From a virus (lineage: Duplodnaviria > Caudoviricetes), in the IMG/VR virus record IMGVR_UViG_3300037310_000230, positions 1 through 42,635 of that record: a DNA stretch of 42,635 bases; one strand, given 5' to 3'. The translations under genes and the position numbers were made by a program. The notes under the pieces are model-generated. The model worked only from the letters and a program-made list of their open reading frames with translations. It ran no database searches and had not been told where the DNA came from. Each line of letters begins with the position of its first letter. The stretch's first letter is position 1. Shown in pieces: positions 18,543 to 27,171 of this stretch.

Positions 18543-20483
18543 CTACCTCTGGTCAGGTGCGGCGGCGATAGGCTCCGAAATGATCGAGTGCATCTCACCG
18601 TCGCTGTTGCGAACGATTGTTTGCCGCGTGCGCGCCGGCGGCTGCTGCACGACGGTGACCTGAGCCGGAGCGCTGACGACGCTAACCTGCGCTGGCTCGA
18701 CGGTCACGTGGCTGTGGACTTCGGGCGACGGGAGCGTTGCCTCCAGGTGCACCAGCCCGTCCGGCAGATTCACATCGCCGGCCATCACCGTCACCGGCGC
18801 CGGCGTCACGTTCACGATGGGTGCTGCCGCCGGCCTAGCTGCCAGCTCGCCGAGCTGCGCGGCAACGGCGGCCATTGATGCGGCCATTGCGCGCGTGTTC
18901 GCGTCTGGCTCGTCGTCTGGCACCGCCGGCGGCGGCGCTGGCTGCGGCGTGGTGTCTTGCTCGAGCCCGTCGCGAATGCGCGCCTGCCGCTCCTTGACCT
19001 GCTGGGCGTGCTTGGTTTCCCAGTCCACGCCGTCGTGCAGGATGCTCTCGGCCTGGCGGGTGCTGACGCCGACGGCGATGCGCCGCTCGGCGGCGTTGAT
19101 TTCCTTCTCGGGGTCGAGGCTGCCGGGGCCGTCGCCGACCCACTGGCAGCCGCACCACGCGGCGCGAGCCACGTCGCTGGAGAAGAAGCCCGGCGCAGCG
19201 ATTCGACCCGCGGCCACTTCGCCGGCGAGCCACAGTTCGTAAACCGGCTGGCAGAAACCGCAGGCCAGCCAGTCGCGCCAGCCCATGAAGAACTTCCACG
19301 CATGCAGAATGGCACCCTTGGCAGCGGAGTAGCTCGACTGGAAGTGCGCCGTCAGCACCTCGGCTGGGATGCCCAGCGCCATGCCTATCTGCACGAGCAC
19401 GGACTGGACGAATGGGTCGAATTGCGCATTGGGGCGGCCCGGATTGCTGGTGACGGGTTCCTCGCCGGGCAGCAGGTTGACCGCCTGGCCCGCTTCCATC
19501 TCGCCGGACCAGCCCTTCGCGCGGTCGACAAGCGCACCTTGCGCGTCTTCGTCGAACAAGTCTTGGAATGCGATCGGGTCCATTTTGAGGAACACCGAGA
19601 ACAGCCCCGACGTCACCGCGGCCTGAAGTTCGGCGTTCGTGTACGTGCCGATCTGCTTGATCTGCTCGATCACCGGAGACAACATCGGCGCGCCGCGGCG
19701 TTGCCCGGGCCGGCTTGGGCGGTACAGGTGCAGCACGTTGCGCCGGCCGGTCTTGGCGCCGCGGACCGCGACAGGGCGCCACGTCATGGCTTCTCGGCCA
19801 ATCTCGCCCGGGTGGCGGTCCGTCACGTGAATGGCGAGTTCCTCGCCGGTGTTCGCGTCGATCTGGATGCCGTCGACCATCGTCGGCGAGTCGGCCATAC
19901 CTCGGGGAGTGCTGACGCGATCTGCCTCCAGCAGTTGCAGCGCGATCTGCGCTGGGCGGCCTGGACGGGTGGCGGTTGGTGTAAGCACGAACGCGTCACC
20001 GCTCTCGATAGTCGCCCTGAAGGCGAGGGCCTGAAGCCCGTAGAAGCTCAGCTGTCGAGACAAGTCGCACTCGGTGCTGTCGGCCCATGTTCGGAAGCGG
20101 CGGCGGACGTCTTTCTGCCACTGCGCGGCCTGTTCCTGGCTCAGGCCGAGGAACTCGGCGTCGACCTGCGGCGTGCAACTGAGGCCGGTTCCGACGACGT
20201 GGGCGACAGTGGTTTCGATGGCGCCGGTTGCGACGGGCGCGTTTCGCGCCAGGTCGCGGCTGCGTTCGCGCAGTTTCGGCAGATCCGGGATCAGGTCGGC
20301 GTCAGGCGATCCGGCGCGTGTCTTCCATGCGGCCGTCTGTGCCCTGTCGAGTCTGGCGCCGGTGTACCCACCAGCAATGGCCAAGGCCCCGCGCTGCTGC
20401 ATCATGCGCAGGGCGACGTCGGGCCTGAAGTAGGCGACGACCTTATCCCACAGATTCTGCGGAAGTTCGCGCTGCCGCATCAC
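18543..20483 (-). CDS. Portal protein, lambda gpB family, with C-terminal extension
   Basis: LRERSRDLARNAPVA, LQLLEADRV, RPGQRRGAP, SSYSAAKG, SLDPEKEINA. Confidence 0.95.
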   Translation of the reverse strand: MMRQRELPQNLWDKVVAYFRPDVALRMMQQRGALAIAGGYTGARLDRAQTAAWKTRAGSPDADLIPDLPKLRERSRDLARNAPVATGAIETTVAHVVGTGLSCTPQVDAEFLGLSQEQAAQWQKDVRRRFRTWADSTECDLSRQLSFYGLQALAFRATIESGDAFVLTPTATRPGRPAQIALQLLEADRVSTPRGMADSPTMVDGIQIDANTGEELAIHVTDRHPGEIGREAMTWRPVAVRGAKTGRRNVLHLYRPSRPGQRRGAPMLSPVIEQIKQIGTYTNAELQAAVTSGLFSVFLKMDPIAFQDLFDEDAQGALVDRAKGWSGEMEAGQAVNLLPGEEPVTSNPGRPNAQFDPFVQSVLVQIGMALGIPAEVLTAHFQSSYSAAKGAILHAWKFFMGWRDWLACGFCQPVYELWLAGEVAAGRIAAPGFFSSDVARAAWCGCQWVGDGPGSLDPEKEINAAERRIAVGVSTRQAESILHDGVDWETKHAQQVKERQARIRDGLEQDTTPQPAPPPAVPDDEPDANTRAMAASMAAVAAQLGELAARPAAAPIVNVTPAPVTVMAGDVNLPDGLVHLEATLPSPEVHSHVTVEPAQVSVVSAPAQVTVVQQPPARTRQTIVRNSDGEMHSIISEPIAAAPDQR

Positions 20484-20710
20484 GCGCTCGGTACGATCGT
20501 CCGGGCCCTGGTACGGCCGGTGCCGGACGTGGCCTCAAGTTGAGCCGCACGTGTGTTCCAGACTTCGATTCCGCGCTGGATCTCTTCCAGATTCGCGAGC
20601 GTGAGTTGCCGGCCGTGAATGGTGTAGCTCTGCCGCGAGAGCACGGCGGCTTCTGCGGCGAGGTAGAGGGCGAGTTGCGCCTCGGCTTGGGCGAGCGTGA
20701 TTCCGGCCAT
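20480..20710 (-). CDS. Head completion protein (gpW-like)
   Basis: MAGITLAQAEAQLALYLAAEAAVLSRQSYTIHGRQLTLANLEEIQRGIEVW; AAGGAG RBS; precedes portal. Confidence 0.82.
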   Translation of the reverse strand: MAGITLAQAEAQLALYLAAEAAVLSRQSYTIHGRQLTLANLEEIQRGIEVWNTRAAQLEATSGTGRTRARTIVPSA

Positions 20711-20730
20711 CAATGCTCCTTGCCGGCGCG

Positions 20731-20774
20731 ATGCTATGGGCGGGCTTGTCTCAGCGACAGGCAAAGCGTGCGAC
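20731..20774 (-). promoter_or_regulatory. Putative activator-dependent late promoter 1
   Basis: GTCTCA-N15-TGCGAC at 20748-20774; -10-like TAGCAT 11 bp downstream; no good -35. Confidence 0.7.
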
Positions 20775-20775
20775 A

Positions 20776-21078
20776 TCAGCCCTTACGGGTTGCGTATCGC
20801 TTCACGAGCCGGTAAATCGTGGACCGGCTGACACCGTGTGCCCGCTGGACGTCGGCGGTCGACATCGGGGTCAACGCATCCTTGACGATGCGGTGCCGCC
20901 GTTCGTCTTCGGCGTCCAGAATCGGGGCGGTCTTTGGGATGTAGTATCGATCCCCGCCCAGCTCCTGCCGAAGGCCGGCAATGATGCGGTGGGCCGTTCG
21001 GACGATTTCTCCGCCGTCGACCCTGGCTCGCTTGAGAGTCTCGACGACGATGTAGGTAAGGACGTCTTCGCGGTCCAT
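20776..21078 (-). CDS. Mor/C-family transcription activator
   Basis: LRQELGGDRYYIPK plus C-terminal HTH STADVQRAHGVSRSTIYRLVK. Confidence 0.75.
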   Translation of the reverse strand: MDREDVLTYIVVETLKRARVDGGEIVRTAHRIIAGLRQELGGDRYYIPKTAPILDAEDERRHRIVKDALTPMSTADVQRAHGVSRSTIYRLVKRYATRKG

Positions 21079-23087
21079 CAGGATCGCCCGAAGCGGCGCA
21101 TGCCGTCAAAGGAAATCTTGCCGCCCTTGACCGGCCGGCGCTCGGATGCTGGCTCCGGCTTCGGAGGTGGCTTCACCTTGCGCTCACCTGAAGGTTCGAG
21201 CCTCTGCTGCCAGGTCGACCATTCGCCGCCATCCTTCCAACGGTCAACACCTCGGAAATGAGCAGCAGCGAGCGCATAGACTGCGCCGTCCAGCGGCTCG
21301 TTTCTGACTCCAGGCACAGGCACCCATTCGAGCTTGTGGCGGCCCTTGACGTAGCGACCGACGAGGCGTTCTGACGTGAGACCGTCGAACACCTCCGGCG
21401 AGAGGTTGCTGCTGAGCAGGATGTAACCGGGGCCCGGCGTATCGACGCGCATGCGGCCGAACAAGACAGCCTTCGCTGTGTCTGGGCCCACCGGCCAGAC
21501 CTTAGCGCCTTGCTTGACCTTCTCTCCCCGGCGGTTCAGATCGACTGCCGTGGGTTTGCCCAGGATCGGTTTGCCTCTCTGCGACGAGCCCTTGACGGCG
21601 ATGACGTGCTCGTGCCGATGGTCTCTGGCGTAGGCGTAGACCTGCTGCGTGTGGTGGCCACCCGAATCGATCGCGCAGGCCAAAAGCGGCGCCTCGTGGC
21701 CGCTGGCGTGCTCGACAGGAGTCTCTCTGTATTTGGTGAGTTCGCCCCACGGGGACCCCGCCTGATCCTCGCGAAGCGCAGGGTCGCCGTAGATGATGCG
21801 CACCGCGACGAGTTGGCTGCACATCCCGCGGCCCCACGCCCAGTCGAAGACCTCCAGCCGGTCGCCCTGCACGTCGACGCCAAGCGTGCGAACGTAGTGC
21901 CCCCACTGCACGATGCCCAGCGGAATGTCCTGCGCCCTTCTCTGCAGCTCGCTCGACGCGACGCGGTCGCCGGACTCTTCGTAGGTCTCGGCGAGGCGGG
22001 TGTTGACGAAGACGCGCATGAGCGATGCGTCGCCGCGTTCCTCCGCCTTCCGGGCATCGTGCCATTCCTGGGCTATCGTGCGCCACGCGAGCCAGCCGAG
22101 CGGGCTGTAGAGCCCCGACAGCTGGAAGCCCCGAACCCGGCCGCCTTGTGCGCCGGGGTTGAGCGGCACCCATCGGCCGGCGGCCAACATGCCAGGCTTC
22201 TGGTGCTCCTTGATGACGCACCCGGACTCGCGGCAGACGTAGTGCACAGATGCCGCGATCGGCGCCCCGCTGGGGGCTTTGTCCCACTTCAGCCCCCAGG
22301 GCTCGGAGATGCCGAGCTCAAGCTGCTGCATCGCCCCGCAGTGCGGGCACGGAACGTGGAGCCGGCAGTTGTCGGACGCCAGCAGCGCCGCCTCGATGCG
22401 GCTGTAGCCCTTCGTCGTCGGCGTGCTCGTGCGCAGCCGCTTGCGCCTGGTGAAGGTGGTCTGCCGCGCCTCGGCGAGTTTCGACGGGTCGCCTTCGCCG
22501 TCGACGTCGTGCGGGAAGTTGTCCACCTCGTCGAGATACAGGTCCCGCACCGGGGTAGATCGCAGATCGGCCGCGCTGTTGGCTCCTGCCACGACCAGAA
22601 CACCGCCGGTGAATTCCTTCAGGAGGGTGGTGTTCGCCTTGTCGCGACTGCGATTCTGGGCAACGCGCTCGCGCAACTGCTGGCTGCCAGTGAGTAGCGG
22701 GGCAATCCGCTGCCGGCTGTTGCGCTTGGCGACGGTGTTCGTCGGCCAGACGATCATGATCGGGCCCGGGTTGTTCGCGATGGCGGACCCGAGGCAATTC
22801 AGGAGCGCCGATGTCTTGCCGGTCTGCGCTGCCCACTGTAGAACGACCTCCTCCACCGCGCTGCGCGGACTCATGCAATCCTGCGGCTCCTGGGCGTAGG
22901 GAGTCCGGGTCACGCGGTAGGGCCCAGGCTCCGAGCTTTCGACGCTGCTTAAGTAGCGCTCGGATTCGGCCCACTCGGTGACGGTCTGCCGAGGCGGTGG
23001 GCGCATGAATTCGCGGATCAGCTCTCGCGCCAGATCGCGCGACTGCGCGTCGAATTCCCCCTCTAGGCGTTCGGCCAGTGTGGTCAC
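21078..23087 (-). CDS. terL: Terminase large subunit, lambda gpA family
   Basis: AAQTGKT Walker A, LYLDEVD Walker B, STPT, VPCPHCG, GVDVQGDRLE, IDSGGH, RNEPLD. Confidence 0.97.
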   Translation of the reverse strand: MTTLAERLEGEFDAQSRDLARELIREFMRPPPRQTVTEWAESERYLSSVESSEPGPYRVTRTPYAQEPQDCMSPRSAVEEVVLQWAAQTGKTSALLNCLGSAIANNPGPIMIVWPTNTVAKRNSRQRIAPLLTGSQQLRERVAQNRSRDKANTTLLKEFTGGVLVVAGANSAADLRSTPVRDLYLDEVDNFPHDVDGEGDPSKLAEARQTTFTRRKRLRTSTPTTKGYSRIEAALLASDNCRLHVPCPHCGAMQQLELGISEPWGLKWDKAPSGAPIAASVHYVCRESGCVIKEHQKPGMLAAGRWVPLNPGAQGGRVRGFQLSGLYSPLGWLAWRTIAQEWHDARKAEERGDASLMRVFVNTRLAETYEESGDRVASSELQRRAQDIPLGIVQWGHYVRTLGVDVQGDRLEVFDWAWGRGMCSQLVAVRIIYGDPALREDQAGSPWGELTKYRETPVEHASGHEAPLLACAIDSGGHHTQQVYAYARDHRHEHVIAVKGSSQRGKPILGKPTAVDLNRRGEKVKQGAKVWPVGPDTAKAVLFGRMRVDTPGPGYILLSSNLSPEVFDGLTSERLVGRYVKGRHKLEWVPVPGVRNEPLDGAVYALAAAHFRGVDRWKDGGEWSTWQQRLEPSGERKVKPPPKPEPASERRPVKGGKISFDGMRRFGRS

Positions 23088-23548
23088 TGGGCGTACTCCG
23101 CGACCTGGGTCAGGATCTGATCCATCTCGTCCTGCAAGATGTCGTGCACCTTGATCTCGTCGGACTCGGCGGCGAGCACGGACTGAAGTCGCGCCGGGAC
23201 CTGCAGCAGCGACTGCCGGAGCCCGACCAGGATCCGCGCCATCTCAGACCGAACGACCTCTCGGCGGACGAGCGCCGCCTTGCGCTCCAGGACGCTAAGT
23301 TCGCGCTCCTCGGCCTCAGAAATTGCCCACCGTGTGCGGGCGTCTTGGTAGGCGCTCGGCTGGTGTGCGTTGACGCGCGGCTTGCCGTTCGCCTTCGCCG
23401 AAGCGTCGTCAATGCGTTGCCGGACGTGCGCAGCCTTCCAGGCCGCCGCGGCTTCCACCGATGTGGTGGGCATGCCGGCCCGCTTGTAGCGCGTCACCAG
23501 GGCGGGACTGACATTCAATCCGCGGGCTATATCGGCTTGCGTCGTCAT
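23084..23548 (-). CDS. terS: Terminase small subunit (Nu1-like)
   Basis: N-terminal HTH (TQADIARGLNVSPALVTRYKRAGMP), coiled C-terminus, overlaps terL. Confidence 0.88.
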   Translation of the reverse strand: MTTQADIARGLNVSPALVTRYKRAGMPTTSVEAAAAWKAAHVRQRIDDASAKANGKPRVNAHQPSAYQDARTRWAISEAEERELSVLERKAALVRREVVRSEMARILVGLRQSLLQVPARLQSVLAAESDEIKVHDILQDEMDQILTQVAEYAQ

Positions 23549-23584
23549 GCATTCCAGGAATTTACAATGTCAGCGGCCACTTAC

Positions 23585-23638
23585 TAGCGCGATTTCGCGC
23601 CGCTTCGCTGCCGTGCAGCCAAGTCTGTGGAGGGACCC
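23585..23638 (-). other. Putative cos site (cosQ-like GGGTCCC plus cosN-like)
   Basis: Minus strand GGGTCCC-...-CACG|GCAGCGAAGCGG|CGCGAAATCGCGCTA just upstream of terS; parallels lambda GGGTCCT...TACG|12 nt|CGCG...CGCTA. Confidence 0.7.
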
Positions 23639-23642
23639 TCAA

Positions 23643-24251
23643 TCACTTCTGATTGAACCGGCTGACATAGAACTTCGCTTCACGCTCGAACACCTCGGGG
23701 AACTTACGCTGCATGAAGTCGCGCACTGGCCCATTGATGCGGCGGGTGTTGAACATCTGGCCGACGTCGATCACCTGCACCGGCTTGATGGGCAGGCGCG
23801 CCTTGCCCTCCCTCTCGAATACGGTGCGCCCCTTGTTGCCTATGAATGCGCCTTTCAGAGGCTTAGCTGGTCCGGTGCGCTTGACCTTGACGAACAGCTG
23901 ATTCAGCGTGCCGGCCTTGCGCCGCTTCTTCGCCTGGGCGAGCGATGTCTTGCGCTCGACGAAGGCGATGATGTTGGCGGACCGCTTTACCCCGCGCTTC
24001 CCGCCGATCAGTGAGCCCTCGACGAGGAACGCGCCCTGCTTCAGGCTCGCCCTGCGCACCCTCAGTCGTTCGCGCACGTAGCCTGCCGTGACGTTGAATT
24101 CCCTCGTGATCGACCTGATCATCTGCGTCCGGCCCTGGTCGATGGTCTTGTTGACCGCCGAGACGGTGGCCTTTTGCCTGATGTCCTGCGCCAGATTGCC
24201 CAGCCTGCGGGCCACCTGGTCGACGCTGGTGCGGATGTCGATCGCGATCAC
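23643..24251 (-). CDS. Minor tail/tail completion protein Z-like
   Basis: Basic protein; AVNKT..REFNV..VRERL, LKGAFIG..VFEREGKARLPI; GTG start overlaps upstream stop. Confidence 0.7.
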   Translation of the reverse strand: MIAIDIRTSVDQVARRLGNLAQDIRQKATVSAVNKTIDQGRTQMIRSITREFNVTAGYVRERLRVRRASLKQGAFLVEGSLIGGKRGVKRSANIIAFVERKTSLAQAKKRRKAGTLNQLFVKVKRTGPAKPLKGAFIGNKGRTVFEREGKARLPIKPVQVIDVGQMFNTRRINGPVRDFMQRKFPEVFEREAKFYVSRFNQK

Positions 24252-24727
24252 GGCTTGCAGCGATCGGGGTTTGCCACGCGCGCCGGCTTGGCCTTGGCTG
24301 GTGCTGCCGGCTTGGCCGGCGGGTGCAGGCACTCGGCCGCCACGGGTGGCAGGCGCGGCTCGGCAGGCCGTGCCGCGAGCACGAGATGCAGGCACTCCAT
24401 CTCGCTGCGGGTGGTGCTCTTGGCGTGGCTGAACAGGCCCCACAGGATGCTGAAGCTCTCGCTGTCGCCCTTGGGGCACAGGCCGGCCGGCAACGGCGTG
24501 GCGAAGGTGGGGATGCTCACAAACGCAAAGCTGTTGCCGCCGTCATACGTGGGGCTCATGCTTTGTGTGTTGCCCTGGGTCTGGTTCTGCGTCTGGCTCT
24601 GCGTGGCGCTGTTGGTAACGCTCTGCGCCGGCTGCAGCTGCGGCATAGGCTTGGGGATGTGCTCGCGATCCGTAGCGTGGGCGGTGATGGCCAGCAGCAT
24701 GGCTGCGGTGGTGATGGCTCGTTTCAT
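24248..24727 (-). CDS. Exported hypothetical protein with Gln/Thr repeats
   Basis: Signal peptide MKRAITTAAMLLAITAHA; SATQSQTQNQTQGNTQ. Confidence 0.7.
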   Translation of the reverse strand: MKRAITTAAMLLAITAHATDREHIPKPMPQLQPAQSVTNSATQSQTQNQTQGNTQSMSPTYDGGNSFAFVSIPTFATPLPAGLCPKGDSESFSILWGLFSHAKSTTRSEMECLHLVLAARPAEPRLPPVAAECLHPPAKPAAPAKAKPARVANPDRCKP

Positions 24728-25017
24728 GTCGTCCCTTCGGTGGTTGTAGTCTTGTGCAGCGCATCAAGGCGGAAGGCCTCCTTTGCCTGCTCGTGTGTCA
24801 CTGCGAACTGCGCGAGCAGCGACCGATAGGCCCTATCCTGCAACCCACTCCGACGAACCCGATCGAATTGGGGTGATCTGGCGACGGTTCGGGCGCAGCA
24901 GCCGATGCAACCCTGCGTGAATCCGTGATGCGGGCCGGCCGCCGCCGTGCGGCAGTTCTCGCAGGTCATCAAGGCAACCGCGACGGAAAGCTCGGCTTGG
25001 GTGGTGTCGGTGCTCAT
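24724..25017 (-). CDS. Cys-rich hypothetical protein
   Basis: CENC...CIGCC; coupled start/stop overlaps. Confidence 0.7.
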   Translation of the reverse strand: MSTDTTQAELSVAVALMTCENCRTAAAGPHHGFTQGCIGCCARTVARSPQFDRVRRSGLQDRAYRSLLAQFAVTHEQAKEAFRLDALHKTTTTEGTT

Positions 25018-25466
25018 ACCGCCCTCGCTTGCGCTGTCACCGCCACGGCCAACGCCGACCATGCATGCGACTTCAAGCCGTACGTCGGGCCGGGCGTCTT
25101 CTTCGTGCCGGGCTCACCGATCCGGTCGATCAGCGCCTGGCGAATGTTGGAGTCCTTCGCCCGCGGGTTTCCGCAGAGTTCCAACTTCACGTCGCGTCGG
25201 AACACCAGCAGCACCTCGTCGGGTTCCCTCCATGCCTGCTGAAACCGGCCGATCCACCGCACAGTGTCGAAGGTCGTCTGGCCGACCGTCATGCCCATGC
25301 CAGCGATCATTTCGATCGCGAGCGCGTCGCAGCGCTGGCCGTGCTTGATCCACGGCAGCATGTCGGCGTTCGGGTGCACGCCGGAGTCGACGACCCTGCC
25401 TTGATCGAGGATGCACCACCCGGATTCTGTGGTGCCTGGGTCGATCGCGAAAAGGCGGGCGATCAT
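25014..25466 (-). CDS. RuvC-like Holliday junction resolvase
   Basis: FAIDPGTTESG, LAIE, AKD, HAWSALAVA. Confidence 0.8.
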   Translation of the reverse strand: MIARLFAIDPGTTESGWCILDQGRVVDSGVHPNADMLPWIKHGQRCDALAIEMIAGMGMTVGQTTFDTVRWIGRFQQAWREPDEVLLVFRRDVKLELCGNPRAKDSNIRQALIDRIGEPGTKKTPGPTYGLKSHAWSALAVAVTAQARAV

Positions 25467-25645
25467 CGGTAGGCCCGCTCCAGCATGTCAGCGACCACCA
25501 CGCACAGCAGAATCAGCAGCACCACATCGATGGCGCTCCAGCGCCCAGAGAATGGCCATGGCGCCCCCTCCTGGCACTGTTCGGGGTGCGGGCAGTGCTC
25601 CGCGCCGCGTTGCCCGCAGTCGCCCTTGCATGCTGGGTAGGTCAT
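25463..25645 (-). CDS. Small Cys-rich membrane protein
   Basis: CKGDCGQRG..CPHPEQC plus a C-terminal hydrophobic helix. Confidence 0.7.
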   Translation of the reverse strand: MTYPACKGDCGQRGAEHCPHPEQCQEGAPWPFSGRWSAIDVVLLILLCVVVADMLERAYR

Positions 25646-25815
25646 GGCGTCCTCCGTCGGTCAATCTCCGCCTTGCACCTGGCGCAGACCAGCTGCTGGA
25701 AGCCGGCGTAGAACCGCCTGCCGCTGCCATCGCGCATTGCCCGGCGGCCGCAGCGGATGCACTGGAACCCGGGCCACAGGGCATCGACGGTGGGGGTCTG
25801 GGTGGCGTGGCTCAT
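25642..25815 (-). CDS. Small zinc-finger-like protein
   Basis: CIRC...CARC; ATGA overlaps. Confidence 0.65.
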   Translation of the reverse strand: MSHATQTPTVDALWPGFQCIRCGRRAMRDGSGRRFYAGFQQLVCARCKAEIDRRRTP

Positions 25816-26033
25816 GCCTTCCCCAAACGCGCGCCCGATCGGGCGTAGGCCTCTGGCGTCATCAGCTCCACCCACCCATCCTTGCGCACCATCACGCCGT
25901 CCGTGGCCTGATGCAGCGTCTCCCGGCCCCGCTCGCATAGCCGCTCGACCACCACGGCGCGGTCCTCCTGCAGATGCCGGCCGCAGCGGCTGCGGATCTG
26001 GCAGAAGCCCCCCAGACATGCGGCGCCGCTCAT
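25812..26033 (-). CDS. Small Cys-rich hypothetical protein
   Basis: CLGGFCQIRSRC...ERLCERG; AGGAGG RBS. Confidence 0.65.
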   Translation of the reverse strand: MSGAACLGGFCQIRSRCGRHLQEDRAVVVERLCERGRETLHQATDGVMVRKDGWVELMTPEAYARSGARLGKA

Positions 26034-26419
26034 GACGCCTCCTGCTGCAGCATCGCGTTGACGTCGTCGTCGGCCAGGCCTTGCGGGATGGCCCGCTGGG
26101 CTCGCTTGGCCTCGATGGCTGCGGCCAGGCCGGCGAAGGCGTTCGGCACACCTGCCCCGTGCGCCCGAAACCTGGCCGCGTCGGCTGCGACCTGCGGCGA
26201 TCGCGCGACCTGCTCCGGAGGGTGCGCGCCGCTGTAGCCGACCCGCAAAAACTGGTCGTAGCATGGCCTGCACCGGGCGCCGAAACTCGACAGCGTGGAG
26301 CGCGGTGTTGCAGTGCCGCAATACCGGCATGGGATGTGGTCATCCGCCGGGGTTTCGGCCATGCGTTCGGCCGTCTCCTTGCGCACATCCGCGAACGCCT
26401 TCGGCTTGCGTGCACTCAT
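26030..26419 (-). CDS. Zinc-finger-like hypothetical protein
   Basis: CRYC...CRPC; AAGGAG RBS; follows the initiator. Confidence 0.7.
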   Translation of the reverse strand: MSARKPKAFADVRKETAERMAETPADDHIPCRYCGTATPRSTLSSFGARCRPCYDQFLRVGYSGAHPPEQVARSPQVAADAARFRAHGAGVPNAFAGLAAAIEAKRAQRAIPQGLADDDVNAMLQQEAS

Positions 26420-27171
26420 CGCGTCTCCTTCGCGGCCTTGTCGAGCCAGTTGCTCCACGTCTGCCGCCAGCCCTTCACGCTGCGGCGCGTCCCCGCCCCC
26501 TTGCCCGAGACCCAGTACTGCCGGAACCTCTCGGCCTCGCGGAGCGCCTCGGTCGCCTTGAAGCCCAGGGCCAGCGCGTCGTTGCCCCAGTCTTCCGGCA
26601 ACTGGAACCCGGCTGCGATCGGCACCACGGCTTTGCCGTTGAGGGCTTCGGCGTTGAGGCCGTCGAAGGCGGGCGGCGGAGTCGGCGGTGCGTGTGCCGA
26701 AGGCGCCGCGCCGCAACCTCCGACCGAAGGGAGGAGGTTCCCCTGAATTCGAGGTGTCTCTGACACCGAGTGGTGTCTGGTGTCTGGTGTCTGGTTAGGT
26801 TCATCGTTCGTTGCACGATTCGTGCTCTGGTCGTGCTTCTCGCGTGCTCGTTTTCGTGCGTCCTCTCGTTCCACGGCGATGCGACGATTCGTCTCCGCTT
26901 GCTCAGACGCTTTGTGCAGCTCCTGGTCGGCTCGATCGTTCACGAGGCCTGCATCAGTCGTGCGCCAAAACTGCGACGCAATGGAGTCGATCGCATCACG
27001 CTCGGCCTTGTCGGTGGCCCTCAGCATTCGGTGCAGCGCCTTGCCTGTTGGCAACGGCTTCTCGGTCGCGTAGTAGTGCTGCAGCATCAGCATGTACGCA
27101 CCGTGCTCCGTGACTGACAGGTGCGCGGTGTCGCGCTGGTAGTCGCCGATGTAGAGCTTGAAGAAGTTCAT
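26416..27171 (-). CDS. Replication initiator (DUF1376/YdaU-like)
   Basis: MNFFKLYIGDYQRDTAHLSVTEHGAYMLMLQHYY; C-terminal LPEDW...RFRQYW...WRQTWSNW. Confidence 0.85.
   Translation of the reverse strand: MNFFKLYIGDYQRDTAHLSVTEHGAYMLMLQHYYATEKPLPTGKALHRMLRATDKAERDAIDSIASQFWRTTDAGLVNDRADQELHKASEQAETNRRIAVEREDARKRAREKHDQSTNRATNDEPNQTPDTRHHSVSETPRIQGNLLPSVGGCGAAPSAHAPPTPPPAFDGLNAEALNGKAVVPIAAGFQLPEDWGNDALALGFKATEALREAERFRQYWVSGKGAGTRRSVKGWRQTWSNWLDKAAKETR
26771..26860. repeat. Probable origin iterons inside the initiator gene
   Basis: (TGGTGTC)x3+TGGT at 26771-26795 and four CGTGC repeats at about 26820-26860. Confidence 0.55.
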
